Positions 31,546 to 41,407 of a stretch of 64,000 bases of DNA are shown piece by piece. Numbering within the stretch: position 1 is the stretch's first letter; each line of letters begins with the position of its first letter. Below the pieces are notes generated by a model. It saw nothing but the letters and a program-made list of their open reading frames with translations. It was not told the origin of the DNA and did no database searches. This DNA is from Opitutales bacterium (lineage in GTDB: Bacteria > Verrucomicrobiota > Verrucomicrobiia > Opitutales > Seribacteraceae), in NCBI GenBank assembly GCA_029254745.1, contig JAQWWZ010000072.1, forward strand, positions 4,380-68,379, read 5' to 3'. The position numbers and the translations under genes were made by a program.

Positions 31546-32367
31546 ATGAGCTGGACAAATTTAGAAGGAAAAGTAGTTATTATAACCGGCGGAGCGGCTG
31601 GAATTGGGTTGGCTGTTGCAAAAGGCTTTATCGAAGTGGGTGCAAAAGTAATGATTGCAGATTTTGCAGAAGAAATCGGGCAGAAAGCAGCCACAGAAGC
31701 AACGAAGTTTGGAATTGGAGAGGCTGCTTTTGCGAGGTGTGATGTTTCAAGTAAGGCGGATGTAGATTCTGTGATTGCTCAAACTGTTGAGAAATGGGGT
31801 GCTGTTGATGTTTTGGTTAACAATGCGGGTATAAATATCCCTCGTTTGCTAGTGGACCCAGCAGGTAAGGAAGAATTAACAGAAGATGTCTGGGACAAAG
31901 TTTTTGCGGTGAATGTGAAAGGACAGTTTTTATTTGCCCAAGCAGCGGCCCGTCAAATGCTTGCAGGGGGAAATGGGGGAGTCCTTATTAATATGTCATC
32001 TGAGTCAGGCATGGAGGGAAGTGAAGGACAAAGTGTTTATGCGGCTACCAAAGCTGCAAATCATAATTTAACCAGATCGTGGGCCAAAGAACTTGGGAAG
32101 TCAGGTGTCCGGGTAATCGGAGTTGCTCCTGGAATTATGGAAACGACTGGAATGCGCAGTTTAGCCTATGAAGAATCCTTAGCTTATACCCGCGGAGTAA
32201 GTGTGGATGAGTTACGAAGCAAGTACGGATCGGTTTCTTCCATTCCTTTGGCTCGCAGTGGAAAACTTACTGAAGTATCAGATTTAGTGGTTTACCTAGC
32301 TTCCGAGCGTGCATCCTATTTGCATGGTACAACGGTTAATATTTCAGGGGGCAAATCTCGGGGATAA
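31546..32367 (+). CDS. sorD: Sorbitol-6-phosphate 2-dehydrogenase-like SDR (SorD type)
   Basis: TGGAAGIG, NNAGINIPRLLVD, SSESGMEGSEGQSVYAATKAA, WAKELGK, ISGGKSRG closely match SorD motifs. Confidence 0.8.
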   Translation: MSWTNLEGKVVIITGGAAGIGLAVAKGFIEVGAKVMIADFAEEIGQKAATEATKFGIGEAAFARCDVSSKADVDSVIAQTVEKWGAVDVLVNNAGINIPRLLVDPAGKEELTEDVWDKVFAVNVKGQFLFAQAAARQMLAGGNGGVLINMSSESGMEGSEGQSVYAATKAANHNLTRSWAKELGKSGVRVIGVAPGIMETTGMRSLAYEESLAYTRGVSVDELRSKYGSVSSIPLARSGKLTEVSDLVVYLASERASYLHGTTVNISGGKSRG

Positions 32368-32384
32368 TCTTACCAGTTTGCTTC

Positions 32385-32843
32385 CTACTCTTTCCAGGTA
32401 GTCACTCCTTTTACCAAAAGTAAATTGGCGTAGACTCGCACATCTCCTGTCATCACGACTGCGAAGGCATTAGACGCCCGATCATAAAAATCAAACTTAT
32501 CCATTTTTTCAATAGATGGAGTTTCCGGATAGTGTTCATGGATGGTCGTGGTGTAGTCATCACAAACTTCATGGTATTTGCTTAGAAGAGTTTTTGATTG
32601 TCGATCTTCGAGTATCGGTTCCATCATCACTACCGGATGTTTGACGGCATGATCCAGAACAAACAAAGGAAGAATGGCATGAACCAAATCTTTTATTAAA
32701 AGCCCGTCCGCGCGAATAATATTTTGGTTTTTGCTTTCTCCGGGAAAGTGAGCATCACCAAACACAATTTCATCGTGGTGACCCATCCGGTAAAGAGTTT
32801 CTAATAGTCTTGGACTAATCAGGGGGGAAATACCTTTAAGCAT
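32385..32843 (-). CDS. fucU: RbsD/FucU-family sugar mutarotase
   Basis: MLKGISPLISP.LL..L..MGHHDEIVFGDAHFP, FYDRA..AFAVV.TGD.R.YANLLL.KGV. Confidence 0.9.
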   Translation of the reverse strand: MLKGISPLISPRLLETLYRMGHHDEIVFGDAHFPGESKNQNIIRADGLLIKDLVHAILPLFVLDHAVKHPVVMMEPILEDRQSKTLLSKYHEVCDDYTTTIHEHYPETPSIEKMDKFDFYDRASNAFAVVMTGDVRVYANLLLVKGVTTWKE

Positions 32844-32889
32844 ATCAAAACTATTTCATTTCCATCCTCAAAGAGTCAAAGAAATAACC

Positions 32890-32920
32890 AAAAAAAAACA
32901 CCGCAAAAAAGCGGTGTTTT
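32890..32920 (-). terminator. Intrinsic terminator between the HDAC pseudogene and fucU
   Basis: AAAACACCGC-aaaaaa-GCGGTGTTTT 10-bp stem; the A9 run at 32890-32898 is the U-tract on the minus strand. Confidence 0.75.
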
Positions 32921-33022
32921 AAAAAGATTTTACGACGGTTAAGTCTGCATTCCTTCCCTTTACGGGTAATTGTATTATATTTTGACGAAGGCGCAGTTCA
33001 TATTCGATTTATCTTTCTAAAA

Positions 33023-34017
33023 TTACCCTAGCTCTACTTTTAGAATTTGTCCAAAAATTTTAGATAAATTTTCATAAGCCACAAAGAGCTTAAAATGAGA
33101 GTTTGCTGCTTTCGTAAGTCCGTCCAAATTATATCCACCTTCAAGAAAGGAAATGATTCTTTCATCGCAGTACTCTTCAACAAGATCCCGGATGATGAAA
33201 CTGAGGCCGGCAAAGTCTTGATCGTCCAATGCAAATTGGCCATGGGGATCTCCCATCCTAGAATCAAAACCTGCCGAAATCATAAGTAATTCAGGTTTGT
33301 ATTTGTTTATTTTCTTTTTTAGTTCGATACCAAAGCCATCTTCAACGATCTCTTTTCTTGCACTCCCTGCAGGTAGAGGGAAATTGAGAGTGGTACCTAA
33401 GCCTTTTCCCTTACCGGTTTGGTCTTTAGTTCCAGTACCTGGATGCCAAGGATGTTGATGAACGCTCATAAAAAACAGATTCATCCTCATAAAAATATCT
33501 TAGGTTCCATTTCCGTGGTGAACATTCCAGTCCACAATTAAAACTTTACCAACACTATATTTTTTGAGCATAACGAGCAGCAATTGCAATATGGCTGAAA
33601 AGACAAAACCCCATTCCTTTATTAGGTGTAGCATGATGCCCTGGAGGGCGGACTATACAAAATACACGTTTTTAATTTACCTGAAAATAGATGGTTGACT
33701 GCAAGAGTGCCTGCACCAGTCGCTGTTCGAGCAACCAACCATGATTCTCGGCTTACATGGGTGTCACCAATTTATAAACTAAGCTTGCCGGATGATATAT
33801 CTTTCTTGGTAAGAGAAAGATAGAGAAGGTCGTGAACAAGGCTGAGGGTACTCTCAGTGCATGCTGTAGGAAGGAGAATGGACACATCTTTTAAAAGGTC
33901 TGCCTGCAGTAAACTTTGGTAGACACGGGTCGCTCGGATCGACTGTTCTGGATGTCCTATCCCCGTGGTATGATTTTCGAAATATTTATCGTAAACCACT
34001 CCAGATGTGGTAACCAC
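33023..34017 (-). pseudogene. Histone deacetylase/AcuC-family pseudogene
   Basis: HPE, GDT, RPPGHHA, GMGFC, DWNVHHGNGT, ISAGFD and LEGGY are spread over several frames. In-frame TAA at 33772-33774 and 33500-33502; homopolymer frameshifts near 33669-33673, 33560-33565 and 33470-33495. Confidence 0.9.
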
Positions 34018-34029
34018 CTTCTCTGAAGC

Positions 34030-35214
34030 CTAAGCTGATTTTTTTTTCTTTTTTTCTTTGGTAACCAGTTTATGGAAGGTAGCGAAGAGATGGGTTGCAT
34101 CATTGGGCCCAGGAGCAGCTTCCGGATGGTATTGAACAGAAAAAACAGGAAGCTCTCTAAGTCGCATGCCAGAAACCGTTTGATCATTTAAATTATATTC
34201 CGTGATGATCGCACCCATTTCTTCTAGCTTTTCTTTATTTGATGCAAAGCCATGATTTTGTGAGGTGATTGCAACCCGTTCAGTTTCAATGTTTTTTACG
34301 GGTTGATTTCCTCCGCGATGCCCAAATTTGAGCTTGTATGTGTCTGCACCAATGGCATGTGTAAGAACCTGATGACCAAGGCAAATGCCAAAGATTGGAA
34401 AATCTGACAGCAAAGACTGTACTGTTTCATGAGTGTAGGTAAGGGCGGAGGGATCACCAGGTCCATTGGAAAGAAAAATGGCATCCGGTTGGTGTGACCT
34501 CGCCTCTTCAGCGGTCGCATTCGCGGGTAAGACGATGACTTCAAAGCCATGTCTTTTAAGGTTTTTATAAATGGCTCGTTTGGCACCTAGGTCAAATGCT
34601 ACGAGCTTATGAATTTCAGTTGGTTTGTAATCTTCTTTGTTAAGATCTGTCCCTTCAACGGTAAAAACTTTACTTTTTTCACCCGTGGGATCCCAAGTAT
34701 AGGACTGAGAGCAGGTAACTTCTTTAACAAAGTCTTTTCCTACAATCCCATCCCAATCCTTTGCTCTTTCAAGTGCTTCTTTATCACTAATTCCTTCTGT
34801 TGAAAGACAGGCTTTTAAAGCACCATGCACCCGGATTATTTTCGTGATTGCACGGGTATCCACTCCCTGAATCCCAGGGATTGAGTGTTTTGTGAGATAT
34901 TCATTCACGGATTGGGTGGCTCGCCAATTACTCACCACTGGACTAAGTTCACGAACGACAAAGCCAGAAACTTTTGGACCGTCAGACTCTTCATCTTCTT
35001 TGTTGATACCATAATTCCCAATTTGGGGAGCAGTCATGGTAACGATCTGACCAAAGTAGGAAGGATCGGTGAGGGTTTCCTGGTATCCAGTCATCCCTGT
35101 ATTGAAAACCGCTTCACCCATAATGGTGGCGGTTGCTCCAAAGGAAAAACCGCGAAAAACACTTCCGTCTTCCAGGGCTAAAACTGCGTCCCGTATTTTA
35201 TTTGGATTACTCAT
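34030..35214 (-). CDS. carA: Carbamoyl-phosphate synthase small subunit
   Basis: GEAVFNTGMTGYQE.LTDPSY, LSNGPGDP, GICLGHQ, KFGHRGGNQP, VQYHPEA. Confidence 0.98.
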   Translation of the reverse strand: MSNPNKIRDAVLALEDGSVFRGFSFGATATIMGEAVFNTGMTGYQETLTDPSYFGQIVTMTAPQIGNYGINKEDEESDGPKVSGFVVRELSPVVSNWRATQSVNEYLTKHSIPGIQGVDTRAITKIIRVHGALKACLSTEGISDKEALERAKDWDGIVGKDFVKEVTCSQSYTWDPTGEKSKVFTVEGTDLNKEDYKPTEIHKLVAFDLGAKRAIYKNLKRHGFEVIVLPANATAEEARSHQPDAIFLSNGPGDPSALTYTHETVQSLLSDFPIFGICLGHQVLTHAIGADTYKLKFGHRGGNQPVKNIETERVAITSQNHGFASNKEKLEEMGAIITEYNLNDQTVSGMRLRELPVFSVQYHPEAAPGPNDATHLFATFHKLVTKEKKKKKSA

Positions 35215-35359
35215 AAATTGAATTTCTGTCCTATGAGGTAATGCTTGGTGGGAAAATTAGCAAACTTGATTTCAGGTATCCAACAATAATTCGCTGAAAT
35301 GATTGAAAAATAGAGGAAAGTTTGACTATCTTTCATTGGATCATTACCGAGGTAAACCT

Positions 35360-37174
35360 ATGAATAAATCAATCGCAGGCTTTGATCGAAGTAAGACCAA
35401 AAATGTCGCCTTATTAAAGTGGTTGGACAAAATGGTGGAAATGTGTGCACCCGACGATGTTCACTGGTGTGATGGTTCTGATGAAGAATGGAGCATGCTC
35501 TGTCAACGGATGATCAATCAGGGTTCAATGATTGCATTAAATGAGGAGAAGAGACCAAATAGTTATTTGGTACGATCCGACCCTCGTGATGTTGCCCGTG
35601 TGGAAAGTCGGACTTTTATATGTAGTTACGGGAAAGATGACGCAGGTCCCACGAATAATTGGGAAGAGCCACGAAAAATGAGGGCACGGCTTAAAAAACT
35701 TTTTCGTGGAAGTATGGAGGGGCGTACTCTTTACATTATTCCTTTCTGTATGGGCCCATTAGGGTCAAAAATTTCCCAGTTTGGAGTACAAGTTACGGAT
35801 TCTCCATATGCTGTATTAAATATGCGGATTATGACTCGTATGGGTCAACAAGTGTTGGATCAATTAGGAGAGCGTGACTTTTTTGTCCCTTGTCTTCATT
35901 CTGTTGGTTTCCCACTCAAAGAGGGAAGGGAAGATGTGCCATGGCCTTGTGATCCAGATAATACATATATTGTTCATTTTCCGGAGCAAAGAACGATTGT
36001 ATCATACGGGAGTGGTTATGGTGGTAATGCTCTGCTTGGTAAAAAGTGTTTAGCTCTTCGTATAGCTTCATGTATGGCACGGGATAATGAATGGATGGCC
36101 GAGCATATGTTAATCCTCGGAGTAGAAAACCCTGAGGGCCAAAAAACTTATGTGGCAGGTGCTTTTCCAAGTGCTTGCGGAAAAACTAATATGGCCATGC
36201 TTATCCCTCCAAAATCAATGAAGGACTGGAAGGTTTCAACCGTGGGTGATGATATTGCTTGGCTCAAGCCTGACGAAAATGGAATGCTTCGTGCCATTAA
36301 TCCCGAGGCTGGTTTTTTTGGTGTGGCACCAGGCACATCGTGGGAGACAAATCCCAACGCGATGGAATCGATGCAGGAAAACAGTCTATTTACAAATGTA
36401 GCCCTTACCGAAGATGGTGATGTTTGGTGGGAAGGCTTAACAAAAGAGCCACCTGCAAAATTAACAGATTGGCGAGGGGAAGATTGGACACCGGAGAGCG
36501 ATCGGCCTGCTGCTCACCCTAATGCAAGGTTTACTTCCCCTGCCTCTCAATGCCCCACCATTGACCCCGAATGGGAAAACCCTGCAGGCGTACCCATTTC
36601 AGCATTTATTTTTGGAGGACGAAGAATGTCTGATATTCCTTTGGTTTATCAATCTTTCAATTGGAATCATGGAGTATATCTAGGGGCAACCCTTTCTTCA
36701 GAAACAACCGCAGCTGCAGAAGGAGCTTTGGGTAATTTAAGAAGAGACCCGATGGCGATGATTCCATTCTGTGGGTATAATATGGGAGATTATTTCCGGC
36801 ATTGGATGAAGATGGGGAAAGCTTTAAAAGAAAAGCCTAGGATTTTTCATGTGAATTGGTTTCGAAAAGATAAAGATGGAAACTTTCTTTGGCCTGGATT
36901 CCAGGATAATATGCGGGTTCTTCGATGGATCGTTGAAAGATCTACCGGTAAAGGCCGTGCCCATGAGGGGCCCCTTGGATGGTACCCAGAAAAAAGAGAT
37001 CTTGATTGGTCGGGTTTGGACTTTGATAATGGCCAATGGAACGAGCTAATGGCAATAGATTCTGAGAGCTTGAGAATGCAAACACTTCGACATGAAGAAT
37101 TATTTCTCCAACTATCTGAGTTTTTACCTAAAGAAATGCTTTTTGAACGAGAGTTATTAGTCTCCCGATTATAA
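35360..37174 (+). CDS. pckG: GTP-dependent phosphoenolpyruvate carboxykinase
   Basis: [54 protein letters not shown] 35360 preferred. Confidence 0.97.
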   Translation: MNKSIAGFDRSKTKNVALLKWLDKMVEMCAPDDVHWCDGSDEEWSMLCQRMINQGSMIALNEEKRPNSYLVRSDPRDVARVESRTFICSYGKDDAGPTNNWEEPRKMRARLKKLFRGSMEGRTLYIIPFCMGPLGSKISQFGVQVTDSPYAVLNMRIMTRMGQQVLDQLGERDFFVPCLHSVGFPLKEGREDVPWPCDPDNTYIVHFPEQRTIVSYGSGYGGNALLGKKCLALRIASCMARDNEWMAEHMLILGVENPEGQKTYVAGAFPSACGKTNMAMLIPPKSMKDWKVSTVGDDIAWLKPDENGMLRAINPEAGFFGVAPGTSWETNPNAMESMQENSLFTNVALTEDGDVWWEGLTKEPPAKLTDWRGEDWTPESDRPAAHPNARFTSPASQCPTIDPEWENPAGVPISAFIFGGRRMSDIPLVYQSFNWNHGVYLGATLSSETTAAAEGALGNLRRDPMAMIPFCGYNMGDYFRHWMKMGKALKEKPRIFHVNWFRKDKDGNFLWPGFQDNMRVLRWIVERSTGKGRAHEGPLGWYPEKRDLDWSGLDFDNGQWNELMAIDSESLRMQTLRHEELFLQLSEFLPKEMLFERELLVSRL

Positions 37175-37192
37175 ATATAAGTTGAGGAAGAT

Positions 37193-37984
37193 TTATACGA
37201 CTTGCTTTTTTGACCATCTGTAAAAGATGGAGGAGAGAACACTAACCGATACAATCATGTTAGCTAATTTCATCAGGACACCTCCGGTCTTTTGATCTTC
37301 TAAAGGGCTAATGTTTATGATTCTCTCTGCGTAAAAGTAAGTATCATATAAGACATCCTTGGAGAAGGTAAGAATTGCAAATATAGGCGTTTGCCCAAGC
37401 ATCAGGGCGAGTACATAAAGCATTTGAGGACCAAAAGATAATGCGGGAATATATTTCGACTTACTACACAACGGCCACCACATAAGAATCGAGGTAAAAA
37501 ACATCGATAAGTGTTCTGCCATGTGCAAGGTTTTGTCCCGAATTGCAGCTTCATAAAATACGCCAATGTGCCAAAATGAAAAAACCATCGTAAAAAGTAA
37601 TCCAGCAATGATGGGGTGTAAAAGAAAGTGCAGAATTTTCCTTGTTATCAGATTGCGTCGGAGAAATTCATCAAAGATTTGTGGAGGAATACCGAGGAGA
37701 ATAAACAAGGGGCTCACATACATGAGGATGTTGTGTTGGATCATGTGAGCGAAAAATAAATAGTTTTCTCCCAATGGATCCAAGGGAGAGCCCACAGCCA
37801 GGTAAAAGCTCAGAATCCCGGCACCAAACCAATATGCGTGTTTTTTTCTAAACGAGAAGGAACGATTCCGGTCTGAATGTAGGGGGCCGACTAACACAAA
37901 GTACGCCCAACATACAAAGAGTATACCACCGACGAGGGCAGGCTCTGTGTGCCAATGGCTAAGTGTAATTGGTGAGTTGGACAT
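37193..37984 (-). CDS. ctaG: caa3-type oxidase assembly factor CtaG
   Basis: SPLD...HMIQH, FWH, HMAEH, DQKTGGVLM; multi-TM; last gene of the cox operon. Confidence 0.85.
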   Translation of the reverse strand: MSNSPITLSHWHTEPALVGGILFVCWAYFVLVGPLHSDRNRSFSFRKKHAYWFGAGILSFYLAVGSPLDPLGENYLFFAHMIQHNILMYVSPLFILLGIPPQIFDEFLRRNLITRKILHFLLHPIIAGLLFTMVFSFWHIGVFYEAAIRDKTLHMAEHLSMFFTSILMWWPLCSKSKYIPALSFGPQMLYVLALMLGQTPIFAILTFSKDVLYDTYFYAERIINISPLEDQKTGGVLMKLANMIVSVSVLSSIFYRWSKKQVV

Positions 37985-38033
37985 TATAAAAGTCCAATCA
38001 TTATATTAGAAAATGAGAAAACTAAAAGGCAGA

Positions 38034-38720
38034 CTACTGATTTTCAGTCCAATAAGATTCTGACCGAACTTTAATCCGAAAGTCATCGGTAGTGGCAGAT
38101 TGAGCAAGCAAACAGATTTGAGAACCATCAACTCTTTCATTGTTCTTGGGAAAGAATTGAAGGAAGAATGGATTTCCTGGTTTTTCGGAGTGGATTTCAA
38201 CTGTGTCAGCATGGGAAATTTTCCAAGTGAATTGATGAGGAATACCGTCTATTTTTGACCATAGTTTTTTGTTTCGATCAAATTTTGCAGCTGAGGTGTG
38301 GTTCTTGTCGGACTGGAAATACACATCACCAATCTTAACATAAACACCTTTCGTGTAATCTTGCTTGGCCTTCCAATCGTTAGTGAGTGTGGTTACTTCG
38401 AATTGATCAATGATGGGATGGGTGTCACCCATATAAATAACCGCAAAAAAGGTGAATACGGAAATGACTAATCCCATAAGAAACAGAATAGTATTCAATA
38501 TCTTGTCCCATCGTAAGTGCATAAACCACCAAATGACCCCAATAAATTTCAGGACAGATGTAGTGAAAAGAATGCCTATGATGTAACTGCCATCAAAAGT
38601 TTGAACATAAATGATCACAATCTCTAGGCCTGTAATTGCCACAAGAAACATGGAAAGATTAAAGAAAGTAAAAAACCGTTTACTTTCCTCGGCGACTGTG
38701 TCTTCAGAATGTCCGCTCAT
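38034..38720 (-). CDS. ctaF: Cytochrome c oxidase subunit IV with a C-terminal soluble extension
   Basis: IT.LEI, LK...VIWWFMHLRWD and three TMs in the first ~97 aa, then a ~130-aa hydrophilic tail containing a CBM5/12-like motif. Confidence 0.8.
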   Translation of the reverse strand: MSGHSEDTVAEESKRFFTFFNLSMFLVAITGLEIVIIYVQTFDGSYIIGILFTTSVLKFIGVIWWFMHLRWDKILNTILFLMGLVISVFTFFAVIYMGDTHPIIDQFEVTTLTNDWKAKQDYTKGVYVKIGDVYFQSDKNHTSAAKFDRNKKLWSKIDGIPHQFTWKISHADTVEIHSEKPGNPFFLQFFPKNNERVDGSQICLLAQSATTDDFRIKVRSESYWTENQ

Positions 38721-38762
38721 AATGATCTAAAAAAAGAATAATAATGTGAAAATTGACAAAGA

Positions 38763-39410
38763 TTAGAATGCGTATTCCATTAAATACACAACTGGGAAAA
38801 TGATGATCCAAACAATGTCAACGAAGTGCCAATAAAGTCCACAACATTCAACATCGATCGCGTCAGACACACTCATTCTCCCGGTAAAGGAATAAATTAA
38901 CCACCCCACTAACCAGAGTACTCCGATCGCAACATGGGTTCCATGCGTGCCTGTTAAAAGATAAAAGGTAGAACCAAACACATGCGGGTCGCCACGATAA
39001 GAAGACAAGGTAAGCTCATTCCCTGGGGCATGCACAAAGTGAGTGAACTCATAAACCTGACAAGCTAAGAAAATACCACCGAAGATAATGGTGCCAAACA
39101 ACATCCAACGTGTGCTGGTAAGATTTCCCTTATGGATCGCGGATACCGCGAGTGCCATGAATAGTGAACTCGCTAAAAGTACGAAGGTACTAAAGGAGGT
39201 GAGTTCAATATCGAAAAGATCTCGTATGTCTAAGTAATTACTACCTACGGTTGCTGAAATTTTCCTGTAAATTAGGTGCGTAGATATAAGAGTTCCAAAG
39301 AACATACAATCGGACCCAAGAAAAGCCCACATCAGGACTTTTTTATTTGGAATACCGGTACTTGTTTCTGGTTCGTGGTGTTCGATGCTGTGGGCGGTTG
39401 CTTCACTCAT
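38763..39410 (-). CDS. ctaE: Cytochrome c oxidase subunit III
   Basis: MWAFLGSDCMFFG, FYLLTGTHGTHV, GLYWHFVDIVW. Confidence 0.95.
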   Translation of the reverse strand: MSEATAHSIEHHEPETSTGIPNKKVLMWAFLGSDCMFFGTLISTHLIYRKISATVGSNYLDIRDLFDIELTSFSTFVLLASSLFMALAVSAIHKGNLTSTRWMLFGTIIFGGIFLACQVYEFTHFVHAPGNELTLSSYRGDPHVFGSTFYLLTGTHGTHVAIGVLWLVGWLIYSFTGRMSVSDAIDVECCGLYWHFVDIVWIIIFPVVYLMEYAF

Positions 39411-39440
39411 TGGTTAAGGCTTCTATGGTTGTTGGTAGAG

Positions 39441-41387
39441 TTATTCTTCAGTCTCTTTGGGGAATAAATGATATCCACCTGGACCCTCCAGGGCCCACAT
39501 GACAATACCGAGAACAAATAGGGATCCACCTGCAATCGCAATTTCATAAGGAGTGGCTATGAATAACTCAGCAAATTCTATCGTTTGTCTAAAGAGCAGC
39601 CCAATAACCATGACAAACAAACCAAGTGCAGTAACAAGAGGGCACCATGAATGGTCTGGCATGTGAACCCCATGATCTCCAAGTGCTTCTTGTTGTGCAT
39701 GCTTTTCTTTAGGACCATAATTATTCTCCCACGCTTGATCGCGGGATTTAATGATCGGAGTGCGAGCAAAATTATACTCTTTCACAGGAGACGATAATGT
39801 CCATTCTATCGTGCGGGCATCCCATGGGTTCTTACCTGCTGGTTTAAGTTTCTTGTTAAAAAAGGAAGAAACAAACTGGTAAATGCCAATGGCAATGCCA
39901 ATACCGAGAACAAAAGCTCCAATTGTTGCAATCTGATTCCAAGCTTCAAAACCGTGCCCTTCATTGTAGCTGTGTGTGCGACGAGGTTGGCCAATCATGC
40001 CCAAATAATGCATGGGGAAGAAAGTAACATTGAAGCCAATAAACATCAAAGTAAACACAAGCTTCCCGAGCTTTTCGTTCATAAGTCGACCACTCATTTT
40101 AGGTAGCCAAAAGTAGAAGCCTGCAAAAAGACCAAAAAGGGCACCTCCGATAAGAACATAATGAAAGTGAGCAACTACGAAATAGGAATCTTGATGTTGT
40201 GCATCAATGGGTACCGATGAATGCATAATTCCAGTGAAGCCTCCGATCATGAACATAGTGATGAATCCAAGGGCAAAAAGCATAGGAGTATCAAATCGAA
40301 TGCGACCTCCCCACATTGTCCCAATCCAATTAAAGATTTTGATCCCTGTTGGGATCGCAATAAGCATTGTAAGAATAGAAAAGGCAGAAGTGGCAACCAC
40401 ACCCATACCTGTTGTGAACATGTGGTGACTCCATACCGCGAAGCCCATAAATCCAATAATTGCTCCAGAGAAAATAATTAGTCCATAGCCAAAAAGTGGC
40501 TTTCTTGAAAACACAGGGATGATTTCGGACACGATGCCCATAGCAGGAAGGATCAGAATGTAAACTTCTGGGTGGCCAAATATCCAGAATAAGTGCTGCC
40601 AAAGGTGAGGTTTCCCACCTTCCAAAAAGTCAAAAAAGTTTGTGCCATAGGTTCGGTCAAACATTAATTCTGCCAGAGCAATGGTAATTGCTGGAAAAGC
40701 GAGAATAATAAGGAAGCTTACAATTAAGGTCATCCAGGTAAAGACAGGGAGTCTCATCATCGTCATACCTGGAGCCCGCATGTTGATGATAGTGGTGATA
40801 AAATTAAAAGAGGCTAACAGTGATGCAATGCCAAGAATTTGAAGGGAAAACACCCAGAAATCCGGTCCCATATCTCCCATAACCTCTGCAAATCTAGTGT
40901 CGGTAAGAGGAGCATAACCGAACCATCCAATAGCAGGGGCACCACCAGTGAAAAACCAACTTAGATTGAGGGTAATTCCGCCGGCAAAGAAGCACCATAA
41001 ACTTAGAGTATTCATTCGAGGGAATGCGACATCCCGGGCCCCAATTTGGAGGGGCATGATAAAATTGAAAAAAGCAGCACTTAAAGGCATGATTACCAGA
41101 AAAACCATGGTAGTTCCGTGCATAGTAAACATTTGGTTGTACTGTCTATTGGTTAAAATCTCCATGTTGTGACTCCACAATTGGGATCGGATCAATAATG
41201 CCTCGATTCCTCCGAGAAGAAGAAAGAAAAGAGCAGTAAGTCCGTATAACAGCCCGATTTTTTTGTGGTCAATGGTGGTAAGCCAATCAACGATGCCAGT
41301 GACATGTTGTCCCGGGCGGGGGAAAACTTTTGTTTCCACCTTGGATTTGGTTTCGGGTGAAGCGTAATCGATCGATTCTGTAGCCAT
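39441..41387 (-). CDS. ctaD: Cytochrome c oxidase subunit I (A1 type)
   Basis: TIDHKKIG, TMHGTTM, FGHPEVYI, WSHHM, VVAHFHY. Confidence 0.98.
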   Translation of the reverse strand: MATESIDYASPETKSKVETKVFPRPGQHVTGIVDWLTTIDHKKIGLLYGLTALFFLLLGGIEALLIRSQLWSHNMEILTNRQYNQMFTMHGTTMVFLVIMPLSAAFFNFIMPLQIGARDVAFPRMNTLSLWCFFAGGITLNLSWFFTGGAPAIGWFGYAPLTDTRFAEVMGDMGPDFWVFSLQILGIASLLASFNFITTIINMRAPGMTMMRLPVFTWMTLIVSFLIILAFPAITIALAELMFDRTYGTNFFDFLEGGKPHLWQHLFWIFGHPEVYILILPAMGIVSEIIPVFSRKPLFGYGLIIFSGAIIGFMGFAVWSHHMFTTGMGVVATSAFSILTMLIAIPTGIKIFNWIGTMWGGRIRFDTPMLFALGFITMFMIGGFTGIMHSSVPIDAQHQDSYFVVAHFHYVLIGGALFGLFAGFYFWLPKMSGRLMNEKLGKLVFTLMFIGFNVTFFPMHYLGMIGQPRRTHSYNEGHGFEAWNQIATIGAFVLGIGIAIGIYQFVSSFFNKKLKPAGKNPWDARTIEWTLSSPVKEYNFARTPIIKSRDQAWENNYGPKEKHAQQEALGDHGVHMPDHSWCPLVTALGLFVMVIGLLFRQTIEFAELFIATPYEIAIAGGSLFVLGIVMWALEGPGGYHLFPKETEE

Positions 41388-41407
41388 GGTATTGTGTGTT
41401 TGCGGTT

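Noticed and set aside
33023-34017. Programmed frameshift or readthrough explanation for the split deacetylase
   Set aside because: Two stops, several indels and loss of conserved ligands are too many lesions for recoding.
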